Assembly: GCA_045544455.1 (NCBI GenBank)
Contig: JAZPYZ010000022.1
Location: 8,819-72,818, forward strand
Source of the DNA: Acutalibacteraceae bacterium
GTDB taxonomy: Bacteria; Bacillota; Clostridia; Oscillospirales; Acutalibacteraceae
DNA: 64,000 nucleotides
Direction of reading: 5' to 3'
Both the position numbers and the translations under genes were made by a program. The stretch's first letter is position 1. The number at the start of each line of letters is the position of its first letter. The notes beneath the pieces were generated by a model. It had not been told where the DNA came from and searched no databases. It saw nothing but the letters and a program-made list of their open reading frames with translations. This document shows positions 17,454-26,892 of this stretch, one piece after another.

Positions 17454-20426
17454 TTATCCCTCCCATGTGCCGTCGTGCAACCCGAACTCTTCGCGTTTAC
17501 GCTCGATTTCGCGGTTGGTTTCGTTTGTCCAATAGGTCAGCATTTCGCGCGCATCTTCGTTACGCAGGTAGGTCGCTTTGAACGCGTTGTCCAAGTTACG
17601 GGCCACGTAGTAACCACCCGGCAACTGCGGCAGTTCGATCACGTGTTCGCGTTGTGCGTTCATCGCTTCGAGTTCGGTTTTCGACCAAGACAGTTGGCCA
17701 AAACCTTCGATGTTCGCGGTGGTGTAACGGGCTGCCGCGCCTAACAACGCTTCAATGTCGTTGCCGTAGGACGCTTGCGTATCCGCGCTGACCCACCATT
17801 TCATGTATTCCCAAGCTTGTTCGTCGGTACCGCGTTGCGTTGCCGCTTTCGGCATTACGCACGCCGCGCCGGCGCCGATTTGGGTACGGACGATCTCGCC
17901 CGTCTCTTCGTTAACAAGGCCCGGCACCAGCGCCACGTCCCACAGGCCGGAAATTTCCGGTGCGGCAACTTTCAGCTTGTTGTACATGGTGTATTCACAG
18001 ATCGAGATCGGCATTTCGCCCGAACGGAAACGGTTGTAGTCATCCTTATACAGGTTGAACCCGTAATCGGCGTAGAACGACACCCAATCCTTAAAGGCTT
18101 CGATACCGTATTCACTCGTAAAGGTACATTCGGTCTTTTCTTCGTTGTAGTAGCTACCGCCACTTTGCAACAACAGCATCTGGAATACCGTCGCTTGCGG
18201 CAAACCGATTTCCATGTTGTTGTGTTGCAGGATCGGTGCCATCTCTAACAATTCGTCCCAGGTTTGCGGCAATTCCAACCCCAAATCTTCGAGGATGTCT
18301 TTGCGGTAGAACATCATGTCAAAGGTCTGCGTTTCGGGCAACGCGTAGTAGTGGCCTTCGATCTCATACGGATCCATACCGGTTTCGACGAACCAGGAGG
18401 TCACTTCATCGTATCCATCGTACCCTTCCAGCGATTGCAACGCGCCACGGAGCGCCAAGTTAACCGGCGTATCGCGTGTTGCTGACAAATACACATCCGG
18501 TGCATAACCGGCCATGATCGCGTTGATCAAGCTGGTCGTAACCAACTGTACGTTAACCGGGATTCCGGTTTCTTTATAGAAGCTTTCATCGCTCAAACGT
18601 TTCACGATGTTGGCTTGGTCACGCGCGGTACTGGTCCACACGATGATGCCGCCTTCGCCCGAGTTACCGATGGTTTCATAGTCCATCGTGTACGAGCCGT
18701 ACAGTTGAACCAGTTGATGCCACAAGCTTTCGAAGAAATTGGCACTGGCTTTCGGCGCTTCTTGGTCCGAGGAGGCCACGTACAGATAATCGAGTTGCAG
18801 CGGTTGTTCTTTCATGGTCAAGATCCATTGCGACAACGCGCTGAGGTTTTCTTTAAAGGTGGTCAGTTTTTTCGCGATGCGGCTGGGCCGGTCACAGAAC
18901 TCTTTCAACTGATCCGCCATGGTATACAAAACGGTCGCGGTCGAACCTTCTTTGCCGATAACCGCTTCCAGGGTTTCCGCCTGCGAATACAGGAGATTGG
19001 CTTCACTTTCCAGCGTGTTGAGCAGGTTCGGGATATCGCGCACCAAATCGTAGTCTTGGTAGGAGTCCGGCACCACGCCGGTGATCATGATGATCTTGCG
19101 GTAGATCGCATTGAGCGAATCTTGCGATTCGGCAACCTGTGCCATAACGTTGGACAACTCGTCGAGCGACGGTTCCATCGTGATGGTGTGAGTGCCTTTG
19201 GTCAGGTAGAAGTAATACGGTTCATCTTCCGACGCGCCAACCTCGTTGATCTGCCAATCGGAACCATACAAGAACCGAACCGATTTCATCTCTTCGCAGA
19301 GATATTCATCGTCAACCTTGATCGAATAGGTGGTAAACAAACCGCGCACGTACGATTGTTTATATTTAATACCTATTTTATACCAACCGTCTTCAGGAAC
19401 GTCGAGTTCCCACGATACCCATTGGCCGGTATATTTCCACATTTCGCCGCCCATCGCGTTCATGCGCGCATACAAACCGCCATACGGTTCGGTCGACGGG
19501 CTGGAATAGTCGGCCACCGGACGGGAAACCGGATCCGCTTTCGCGACCGGATTTTCCGCTTGCACCTGTTTAAATTGACCGGTGGTATCTTTTTCTTCGC
19601 CGCCTTGCGGCGCGATGTCTTTATATTTCGGCATATCTTCCGGAGCCGTCAGGAGGAGAGACGCAATATACAACGGTTCACGAATGATGCCCAGTTCGAT
19701 GGTGTGAGTGCCTTCTTCCAGGTAGAAGACAAACGGCAACGTGTGCATGCCTTCGAAATCCATGAACGCCGCGGTCCGCCACCGATACACTTCCAAATAG
19801 TCCGGCGTCAGTTCGTTGCCCTTTTCATCTTGGGCGAAACGACCGTCTTCGGTCTGTTCGTCGATGAAAATACGGCTAAACGAAAATTCATCCGCTTCGA
19901 CAAAGGGATGTTGTCCGTCGATCTTCAAGGACAGTTCGATCGCTTTGTTGGTGTAGGCGATCGCCTGGTACTCCATCTCAAGTTGGTATAAGCCGGTTGC
20001 CGGTACTTCGACCGTCCAGCTAACACTACCCTCTTGGCTTTCCCATTTGAGCACGTTTTCTTTGCCGTCGAAGTCTACCGCTTCGGCAGCCGCACCGTTG
20101 TCACCGGTGAAATCACCGCCGGCGATCACGATATCTTCGGTCGCGCTCGGAATCTCGCCGTACTGCTTGTAGTATTTGTCATACGTCGGCAGTTTTTGGC
20201 TCTCTTCCGGCTCGGCCGTTTCGTCCGAACCTTCCGCCTCTTGCGAAGCATCCGTCTCGTCCGAACCTTCCGTGCTTTCTTGCTCTTCGTCTTCTTTCTC
20301 GGTCACGACCAGAGAAAGATCTTCTTCATCGGTGACGGTCGTCTCGTCCGCCGCCACTACGTACGTGCCGCCCAGCGAGAAAATGACCATCCACAATGCC
20401 AAAAGAAATGACAGCCGCTTTTTCAT
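17454..20426 (-). CDS. Giant (990 aa) extracellular solute-binding protein with acidic N-terminal region and two CBM-like domains
   Basis: Signal peptide MKKRLSFLLALWMVIFSLGGTYVVAA behind TAGGAGGAGAA. Acidic low-complexity stretch (DEEDLSL..EDEEQESTEGSDETDASQEAEGSDETAEPEESQ). Two similar modules (SVSWTVEVPATGLYQLEMEYQAI... and WVSWELDVPEDGWYKIGIKYKQ...), as in CBM6/35-type sandwiches. The C-terminal ~430 aa is a family-1 sugar SBP (IIVWTSTARDQANIVKRL...). Confidence 0.85.
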   Translation of the reverse strand: MKKRLSFLLALWMVIFSLGGTYVVAADETTVTDEEDLSLVVTEKEDEEQESTEGSDETDASQEAEGSDETAEPEESQKLPTYDKYYKQYGEIPSATEDIVIAGGDFTGDNGAAAEAVDFDGKENVLKWESQEGSVSWTVEVPATGLYQLEMEYQAIAYTNKAIELSLKIDGQHPFVEADEFSFSRIFIDEQTEDGRFAQDEKGNELTPDYLEVYRWRTAAFMDFEGMHTLPFVFYLEEGTHTIELGIIREPLYIASLLLTAPEDMPKYKDIAPQGGEEKDTTGQFKQVQAENPVAKADPVSRPVADYSSPSTEPYGGLYARMNAMGGEMWKYTGQWVSWELDVPEDGWYKIGIKYKQSYVRGLFTTYSIKVDDEYLCEEMKSVRFLYGSDWQINEVGASEDEPYYFYLTKGTHTITMEPSLDELSNVMAQVAESQDSLNAIYRKIIMITGVVPDSYQDYDLVRDIPNLLNTLESEANLLYSQAETLEAVIGKEGSTATVLYTMADQLKEFCDRPSRIAKKLTTFKENLSALSQWILTMKEQPLQLDYLYVASSDQEAPKASANFFESLWHQLVQLYGSYTMDYETIGNSGEGGIIVWTSTARDQANIVKRLSDESFYKETGIPVNVQLVTTSLINAIMAGYAPDVYLSATRDTPVNLALRGALQSLEGYDGYDEVTSWFVETGMDPYEIEGHYYALPETQTFDMMFYRKDILEDLGLELPQTWDELLEMAPILQHNNMEIGLPQATVFQMLLLQSGGSYYNEEKTECTFTSEYGIEAFKDWVSFYADYGFNLYKDDYNRFRSGEMPISICEYTMYNKLKVAAPEISGLWDVALVPGLVNEETGEIVRTQIGAGAACVMPKAATQRGTDEQAWEYMKWWVSADTQASYGNDIEALLGAAARYTTANIEGFGQLSWSKTELEAMNAQREHVIELPQLPGGYYVARNLDNAFKATYLRNEDAREMLTYWTNETNREIERKREEFGLHDGTWEG

Positions 20427-20972
20427 CTGTTCTCCTCCTATGATGGGCGAATCCTTCGCCCGAATAGTCTTTTTTCACAAACGGGAAAGGTGCGGTTCCC
20501 CGTTTGTTAAAACCGGTCTTTTCTTGCCGAAAAACGCGCAAAGAACACCATTTAGCCTGGTTTTTTTGGAAAAACCGGCTAATAGTGTCAATTCATTCGT
20601 TTGATGTTTGCAACGAACGGCAAAAAATTTTGCCCGATTTTGTATAAAACAAACAACTACTTATACTATAACGGAAACATCTTGTTTTGTATTTGCTCAT
20701 TTTTGGTTCATATTTGTCATTTTTTGCTATGATTGTTGTGCGAAATAGTTAATCATTCCCATCGCTTTTTAGTAGAGTTTTTATTCTTTTGAGCAAAACA
20801 ACCAATGTTTTTGTTGATTTTGTAACAAATCGACAAAAATGTTTAGCAAAAAAAGTCGGTCGGTGAGGCGGCATTTGAGCATGTTTTGACAAATTGACCA
20901 CCATCCGTTGCGGTTTTATACTCCTGTAAACACAACCGATAGATATCATCGGCACGAACGCCCGTTGCAAAC

Positions 20973-21009
20973 AAAAACCGGTGAGGGACAATTTGTCCCT
21001 CACCGGTTT
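20973..21009 (-). terminator. Intrinsic terminator of the 21030..21731 gene
   Basis: aaaccggtgagggacaa / ttgtccctcaccggttt, a 17-bp stem, followed on the minus strand by a TTTTT run. Confidence 0.8.
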
Positions 21010-21029
21010 ATATGCACAGTCACGTCGGG

Positions 21030-21731
21030 TTATGACGCTTCGTAAGCCTCGATATAGGTTTGCAACAGTTGGTGATGCGCGTCCGATACCGCTTCGTATT
21101 TCTCGCCGGCCGCCAAGCCGGTGGCCGCCCGCACGAACCACACGAAATCCTCGGTGTACCACACCTGCATAAGATCGGCGTCCGACAAGGCATTTTCGGC
21201 GTTCCACACCCACCGGTCGGTCAACCCGCCGTCGGTCGTGGTGAGTGGCCGGAAAAAGTCCTCATCCGCTTCCAACAATTCTTTCAGATCCGCTTCGTAC
21301 ACGTCTTTTTCCACCGCAAACAACATAAAATCCCCAGCGCCAATCACCGTCATCAGTTTTTGATGGCCGGCATACGGATCTTCCATGCCGTTCGCCGCTA
21401 ACGCGATGTTATCGACCAGGATCGACACCTTGCCATTGCCATCCACGTCGGTGGCAAAAGGGGCAAGTTCCGCTTTCATCAGATCCAGTGTGGTCGGCGC
21501 GATCATCTGATCGCTAACCACCGTCACGGTATAGTCGTATTTCTCTTTGGTGAGATACTGCACCGTCAACAACACGGCCGCCACCAGCGTAAACGCCGCT
21601 AAACAGGCCGGTATTTTGTAATGATACCAAAAATTCTCCCATTTCCCTTTCGGCGTTTTCGGTGCCCCGATTTCTTCCGCCGGTTTCAGGTCCTCCTCAC
21701 TCACATGCACCAAATAGCGTTCTCTCGCCAT
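21030..21731 (-). CDS. Single-pass membrane protein, unknown function
   Basis: ORF 21030..21851. Start moved to ATG 21731 (MARERYLVHV), behind GGGAG. TM is IPACLAAFTLVAAVLLTV. No recognisable domain. It has its own extended -10 (TGgTATAAT, revcomp of 21769..21774) and its own terminator. Confidence 0.6.
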   Translation of the reverse strand: MARERYLVHVSEEDLKPAEEIGAPKTPKGKWENFWYHYKIPACLAAFTLVAAVLLTVQYLTKEKYDYTVTVVSDQMIAPTTLDLMKAELAPFATDVDGNGKVSILVDNIALAANGMEDPYAGHQKLMTVIGAGDFMLFAVEKDVYEADLKELLEADEDFFRPLTTTDGGLTDRWVWNAENALSDADLMQVWYTEDFVWFVRAATGLAAGEKYEAVSDAHHQLLQTYIEAYEAS

Positions 21732-21798
21732 TGCGTTTAACTCCCTTTCCATGTAAGTTTGTATCTCGATTATACCAAACAACCCCATCGAAATCAAG

Positions 21799-21830
21799 CA
21801 AAAAGCCGTTCGGGTTAAACCGAACGGCTT
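21799..21830 (-). terminator. Intrinsic terminator of the aminopeptidase gene
   Basis: aagccgttcgg-gttaaa-ccgaacggctt, followed by a T-run on the minus strand. Confidence 0.75.
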
Positions 21831-21847
21831 GTTTTGGATTTGTGCGA

Positions 21848-23257
21848 TCAATCTTCACGGGTGAGCAGGGCAAAGAACGCCTTGTGCGCCATGAAAACGT
21901 CGAGTTTCGACACCACTTCCAGCGGCGCGTGCATCGATAGTACCGGCACGCCGAGGTCGACGGTATCGACATCGAGATTGGCGATATATTTCGCGACCGT
22001 TCCGCCGCCGCCGATATCGACGCGACCGAGTTCCCCGATCTGCCAGACAACCTCGTTTTGATCCATCAAACGGCGTACCCGGCCCATGAGTTCCGCCGAC
22101 GCGTCGGAGGTGTCGCCCTTGCCGCGTGCGCCGGTATATTTCGTGAGCACTACGCCGTTGTTGATCTGGGCACAGTTGCGCAGTTCCACCACGTCCGGAT
22201 AGATCGGATCGAACGCCACGTTGACGTCAGCCGACAAGCAGACCGAACGGGAAAACACGGTGCGCGCATGGGTATCGAACGCGGCGGCCAGTTCTTCCAC
22301 AAAATATTTCAAGAACGCCGATTGCATGCCGGTGTTGCCGTCCGAACCGGTTTCTTCCTTATCGGCCAACAACGTAACAGCGGTATACGCCGGCAGTTTG
22401 GTATCGAGCAACGCGGTCAACGCCGGATACGCGCAAACGCGATCGTCGTGTCCGTACGCGCCGATCATACTGCGATCGAACCCGATGTCGCGCGCGCCAA
22501 ACGCCGGTACCACTTCGAGTTCCGCCGACAGGAAATCGGCTTCCACGATGCCGTATTGTTTATTGAGGATATCCATGATATGCAGTTTGACCAGATCGGC
22601 GCCCTCTTCGTTGCCGATTGCACGCGAACCGATGAGAATGTTCAGATCTTCGCCGCGCACGAGTTCCGGTGCCGGGCGTTTCATCTGTTCGGACGCGAGG
22701 TGCGGCAACAGATCGGTTACGCAGAACACCGGATCGTCCGGGTTTTCGCCGATGTTGACCGTCACCGACGAACCGTCGCGGCGCATCACCACACCGTGCA
22801 ACGACAACGGGATCGAGGTCCATTGATATTTCTTGATACCGCCGTAATAATGAGTATCGAAATACGCCAAATTGTGATCTTCGTACAACGGATTGGGCTT
22901 GAGGTCCAGACGGGGCGAATCGATATGCGCCGCCGCGATCGAAACCCCTTCGGCCGGGGATTTGGTACCGATCACCGCCAGGATCAACGCTTTGCCGCGG
23001 TTGTTGACGTACACGCGATCGCCGGCTTTGAGCGCTTGTCCGGCTTTAAACGGCACAAATCCGGCTTTTTCGGCCATTTCGACCGCATAGGTCACCACTT
23101 CGCGCTCGGTTTTGGCGGTGGACAAAAACCGTTTGTATTCGTCGCAATACAGGTCTGCCGTCGCGATCTGTTGCGAATCGAGGGTTTTGTCGGCCTGGGT
23201 CGGTTTGTAAAGCAGATCTTCGCGCAGGGTGTCGAGTTTGCTGTTGGTTTCAGACAT
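21848..23257 (-). CDS. M18-family aminopeptidase
   Basis: 469 aa. AAHIDSPRLDLKPNPLYED and YYGGIKKYQW are typical of M18 (aspartyl/aminopeptidase 1) enzymes. Confidence 0.85.
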   Translation of the reverse strand: MSETNSKLDTLREDLLYKPTQADKTLDSQQIATADLYCDEYKRFLSTAKTEREVVTYAVEMAEKAGFVPFKAGQALKAGDRVYVNNRGKALILAVIGTKSPAEGVSIAAAHIDSPRLDLKPNPLYEDHNLAYFDTHYYGGIKKYQWTSIPLSLHGVVMRRDGSSVTVNIGENPDDPVFCVTDLLPHLASEQMKRPAPELVRGEDLNILIGSRAIGNEEGADLVKLHIMDILNKQYGIVEADFLSAELEVVPAFGARDIGFDRSMIGAYGHDDRVCAYPALTALLDTKLPAYTAVTLLADKEETGSDGNTGMQSAFLKYFVEELAAAFDTHARTVFSRSVCLSADVNVAFDPIYPDVVELRNCAQINNGVVLTKYTGARGKGDTSDASAELMGRVRRLMDQNEVVWQIGELGRVDIGGGGTVAKYIANLDVDTVDLGVPVLSMHAPLEVVSKLDVFMAHKAFFALLTRED

Positions 23258-23291
23258 GGTTATCTTCCTTTCTGTATATCACGTTATGTGT

Positions 23292-23870
23292 TTATAAATC
23301 ATAGAGCGACCGATACATCTCTTTGGCTTCGGCCACTTTTTGGACATATTGTTCGGTTTCCGCAAACGGAATGGTATGCAACGTTTCGCCGTCATCCGAA
23401 TACGCCGGATCATCCAACCATTTCCACACGTTGCCCATGCCGGCATTATACGCCGCGAGCACCGTTTCTTCTGTCGAAAACAGTTGACCAAGCGAGTGCA
23501 ACGTCGCGCACCCGAACCGAATGTTGAGTTCGGGATCGGTCAGACAGTCTGCCTCGTACGGCGGATCGATCCGTTCGCGCCATTGTGCCCATTCAAAGGT
23601 GTCCGGCGTAAGTTGCATCAACCCGATCGCGCCGGCCGGCGAAACCGCGTCGGCTTGAAACCCGCTTTCGGTACAGATCACCGCATACACCAACACGGGA
23701 TCTAATTCATATTCTGCCGCATATTGTTCTACCCATTCGGTATATTTTAACGGATATTGCGCACGGTAAAACCGATCCTGTGCCTCCCGGAACACCAGTA
23801 TTCCGGCGATCACGATCGCTACCGTCAATACACCCGTGATCGCGAGCGTGATCCAACGTTTTCGGTTCAT
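23292..23870 (-). CDS. Membrane-anchored lytic transglycosylase (SLT domain)
   Basis: N-terminal TM WITLAITGVLTVAIVIAGILVF. SLT catalytic block VICTESGFQADAVSPAGAIGLMQLTPDTFEW. Confidence 0.85.
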   Translation of the reverse strand: MNRKRWITLAITGVLTVAIVIAGILVFREAQDRFYRAQYPLKYTEWVEQYAAEYELDPVLVYAVICTESGFQADAVSPAGAIGLMQLTPDTFEWAQWRERIDPPYEADCLTDPELNIRFGCATLHSLGQLFSTEETVLAAYNAGMGNVWKWLDDPAYSDDGETLHTIPFAETEQYVQKVAEAKEMYRSLYDL

Positions 23871-24475
23871 ATCCCAACCTCCGCAACCAATCGGTCCACC
23901 TGGGCGGCCAACGCATCCAGATCGCCATCGTTAACAATCACCACGTCGGCTCGGTCCCGATAAAACGCATCATCGGGTTGGGCCGCCATGCGTTGTTTGG
24001 CGGCGGCCGCATCCAGCTGATCACGCGCACAAATCCGCGTTTCGCGAACGGCCGGCGTGGCCAATACCACGACCGAAAGCGCACATTCGCGATCGAGATC
24101 CGCCTCAAACAACAGCGGCGCATCCAACACCGCCATCTTCGCACCCGAAGCCTGGATCGCCTCGGCACGACGGCGAATCTCTTCTAAAATAAACGGATGT
24201 GCCACCGCGTTGAGTTTGGCCGTACTGTTCGCATCCGCAAACGCACGCGTGGCCAGAGCGCGGCGATCGAGCGTACCGTCTTGGCGCAGAATATCCGCGC
24301 CAAACGCTTTGGCTAACGCCGCCAAACACGGCGAACCGGCGGTTTGTACCGCGCGCGTCGCATCGTCGGCATCGATGATCGGCAGGTGATGTTGGTTTAA
24401 CAAAGCCGCTACCGTGCTTTTACCGGCACCCGTCGGGCCGGTCAGTCCCATCAGCCGAAATGTCGTCGATTTCAC
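23867..24475 (-). CDS. coaE: Dephospho-CoA kinase
   Basis: P-loop GLTGPTGAGKSTV and CoaE-like length. The start may be the internal ATG at 24451. Overlaps the 3' end of tsaC. Confidence 0.85.
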   Translation of the reverse strand: MKSTTFRLMGLTGPTGAGKSTVAALLNQHHLPIIDADDATRAVQTAGSPCLAALAKAFGADILRQDGTLDRRALATRAFADANSTAKLNAVAHPFILEEIRRRAEAIQASGAKMAVLDAPLLFEADLDRECALSVVVLATPAVRETRICARDQLDAAAAKQRMAAQPDDAFYRDRADVVIVNDGDLDALAAQVDRLVAEVGI

Positions 24476-25493
24476 CGTTGATCACCTCGAATCCGGCGGC
24501 GCGTAACAATCGGTTGTACACCGCCAATCCAATCCCGTTTGGATCGGGACAGGCAGCAAACACCCGTTTCGCACCGCGTTGATCTAATGCGCGCAAAGCA
24601 TCGAACAACCCTTGCGCTTGGGTGGCCGGCTCACGACGCGTCCCATAGGACACCGACGCGATGGCGATGTGTTCGATATCTTCTTCTAAGCAAAGAGCCG
24701 TATCGTCCGGCCGGGCGTGTTGCCGCACAAACCGGCGATAGGTATCGGTGTCACCGGTCACCAATATCACGTGAGCCGTCGGCGCATAGTGCTTATACTT
24801 CATGCCGGGCGATGCCGCCACTTGGCCGGCTTTAAGTTCGGCGGTAACGGCCGGATCAATCTCGATCTCGCCTACCACCTCACGAAGCATGTCCGGCGTG
24901 ATGCCGCCGGGACGAAGCAACCGCGGAACCGGCCCATCGAGCGCAACCACCGTCGATTCCAACCCGACGTCGCATCCGCCGCCGTCCACCACCGCGGCGA
25001 TCTTGCCGTCGAGATCGGCGAGCACGTGGGCCGCTGTCGTGGGACTGGGACTGCCCGATCGGTTGGCAGACGGCGCCGCCAACACACAACCTGATTGCCG
25101 GATCAACGCCTGCGCCACAGGGTGGGACGGAAACCGTACCGCTACCGTGGAAAGGCCGGCCGTGACCGCATCCGGCACGCACGGCGCATGCGGTAAAATC
25201 ATGGTCAACGGGCCGGGCCAAAACGCCTGTGCGAGTGCATGGGCGGCCGGTGTGATCTCGGTCACCAACGCGTCCCATTGGGACAGGTCGGCAATATGTA
25301 CGATCAACGGATTATCCATCGGGCGACCTTTTGCCTCAAAGATGCGGCGCACCGCACCGGGATTGAGGGCATCCGCCGCCAATCCATAGACCGTTTCGGT
25401 GGGGATCGCGACCACGTCACCTTGCGCGAGCAGGTCGGCCGCCACCGCTAAATCGGCGGCCGAATCGGTCAGTCGCCGGGTTTGTTTTGTCAT
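24420..25493 (-). CDS. tsaC: L-threonylcarbamoyladenylate synthase (Sua5/YwlC type, with C-terminal Sua5 domain)
   Basis: ORF 24420..25562. Start moved to ATG 25493 (MTKQTRRL), 4 nt after the prfA stop. Contains the YrdC block VVAIPTETVYGLAADALNP. Confidence 0.85.
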   Translation of the reverse strand: MTKQTRRLTDSAADLAVAADLLAQGDVVAIPTETVYGLAADALNPGAVRRIFEAKGRPMDNPLIVHIADLSQWDALVTEITPAAHALAQAFWPGPLTMILPHAPCVPDAVTAGLSTVAVRFPSHPVAQALIRQSGCVLAAPSANRSGSPSPTTAAHVLADLDGKIAAVVDGGGCDVGLESTVVALDGPVPRLLRPGGITPDMLREVVGEIEIDPAVTAELKAGQVAASPGMKYKHYAPTAHVILVTGDTDTYRRFVRQHARPDDTALCLEEDIEHIAIASVSYGTRREPATQAQGLFDALRALDQRGAKRVFAACPDPNGIGLAVYNRLLRAAGFEVINGEIDDISADGTDRPDGCR

Positions 25494-25497
25494 CGGT

Positions 25498-26571
25498 TTA
25501 TTCTTCCTTTGCTTGCAACTTTTCGGCGCGATCGGCGGTGGTAAGCGCATCGATGATCTCATCCAGATCGCCGTTCATGACCGCGTCGAGTTTATATAAC
25601 GTCAACCCGATCCGATGATCGGTGACGCGTCCTTGCGGAAAATTGTAGGTGCGGATACGCTCGCTTCGATCGCCGGTACCAACCTGCGATTTGCGATCCG
25701 CCGCGACCGCCGCTTGTTGCGCCGCCATCTCCTGTTCGTATAGCCGCGCACGCAATACGCGCATGGCTTTTTCCTTGTTCTTCAACTGGCTGCGTTCGTC
25801 CTGACATTCCACCACCATGCCGGTCGGCAGGTGGGTGATGCGGATGGCAGATTCGGTCTTGTTGATATGCTGCCCGCCGGCGCCGGACGCACGAAACGTA
25901 TCGATCTGCAGGTCGCCGGACGCGATCTGCACGTCCACCTCTTCCACCTCCGGCAACACCGCTACCGTGGCGGTGGAGGTGTGAATGCGGCCGCCGGCTT
26001 CGGTTTCGGGCACGCGTTGCACCCGATGTACGCCGCTTTCGAACTTAAATTTACTGTATGCGCCGTCACCACTGACCGAAAACACCACTTCTTTATAACC
26101 GCCGAGTTCGGTTTGGTTCTCGTTGATGATCTCCACCGAAAACCCGTGCGCTTCCGCGTACATGGTATACAGGCGGTACAACGAATGCGCGAACAACGCC
26201 GATTCTTCCCCGCCGGCACCGCCGCGAATCTCGACCATGACGTCGCGATCGTCGTTCGGATCACGGGGCGCGAGCAGAATTTTCAGATCCTCGGTCAGTT
26301 GCGCAACCTTGGCTTTCCCCTCTTTAAACTCGATGTCCGCGAGTTCTTTGAGTTCTTTATCGCCGCCGGCTTCGCCGATCAGCGCTTCGGCCTCTTCCAC
26401 CTGTTTAACGGCGGCGTTATATGCCTCATACGCCTCGATAATCGGGCGCAGTTTGGCCGATTCTTTCATCAGTTGTCGCAACAATTCGGGATTCGCCGCG
26501 ACATCGGGTTCGTATAAACGGTGGGACAGTTCGTCGTACCGTTTGGCCACTTGTTGCAGTTTGGAAAACAT
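25498..26571 (-). CDS. prfA: Peptide chain release factor 1
   Basis: ORF 25498..26679. Start moved to ATG 26571 ([15 protein letters not shown]), behind GGGGGTG. GGQ motif in [18 protein letters not shown]1-type PxT tripeptide in [15 protein letters not shown]. Confidence 0.95.
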   Translation of the reverse strand: MFSKLQQVAKRYDELSHRLYEPDVAANPELLRQLMKESAKLRPIIEAYEAYNAAVKQVEEAEALIGEAGGDKELKELADIEFKEGKAKVAQLTEDLKILLAPRDPNDDRDVMVEIRGGAGGEESALFAHSLYRLYTMYAEAHGFSVEIINENQTELGGYKEVVFSVSGDGAYSKFKFESGVHRVQRVPETEAGGRIHTSTATVAVLPEVEEVDVQIASGDLQIDTFRASGAGGQHINKTESAIRITHLPTGMVVECQDERSQLKNKEKAMRVLRARLYEQEMAAQQAAVAADRKSQVGTGDRSERIRTYNFPQGRVTDHRIGLTLYKLDAVMNGDLDEIIDALTTADRAEKLQAKEE

Positions 26572-26594
26572 CCCACCGCACCCCCTTTTTAAAA

Positions 26595-26780
26595 TCAGTC
26601 GGTATCTCTCACGATCTTGCGAATGTGTTTTTCGGTTTTTTGGCGCGGTACCAGCATTTCGCGGCCGCACTGTACGCATTTCAACCGAAAATCCATGCCG
26701 ATCCGCAACACTTCGAATCGGTTACCGCCGCACGGGTGCGGCTTTTTCATTTCCAACACGTCTCCGATGCGCACATCCAT
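26595..26780 (-). CDS. DUF951-family small protein
   Basis: 61 aa: [46 protein letters not shown]. This matches the conserved DUF951 (YyzM-like) pattern of Firmicutes. Confidence 0.8.
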   Translation of the reverse strand: MDVRIGDVLEMKKPHPCGGNRFEVLRIGMDFRLKCVQCGREMLVPRQKTEKHIRKIVRDTD

Positions 26781-26892
26781 CGCGATGACTCCCTTCTGTA
26801 TCCGGAACTTGATACATATAGTTTAGTATAGCATAGTCGGCGGTATTACCGCAAGTGCTGTGTTAAATTTTTCCATAAAGGAGAACCGTGTC

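Noticed and set aside
20600-20960. oriC / DnaA-box cluster in the AT-rich intergenic regions (also 51735-51973).
   Set aside because: I found no TTATCCACA/TGTGGATAA-type boxes by eye; only a poor ttatcacaa at ~51800. There is no adjacent dnaA or dnaN. The regions are better explained as promoter or leader DNA of the flanking operons. The origin is expected beyond the right edge, past yidC.
24420-24475. 56-nt overlap between the tsaC 3' end and the coaE 5' end, as a possible frameshift or fusion.
   Set aside because: Both reading frames have complete, normal-length domains. The coaE P-loop lies downstream of an alternative ATG at 24451. Short overlaps are common in this tightly packed operon.
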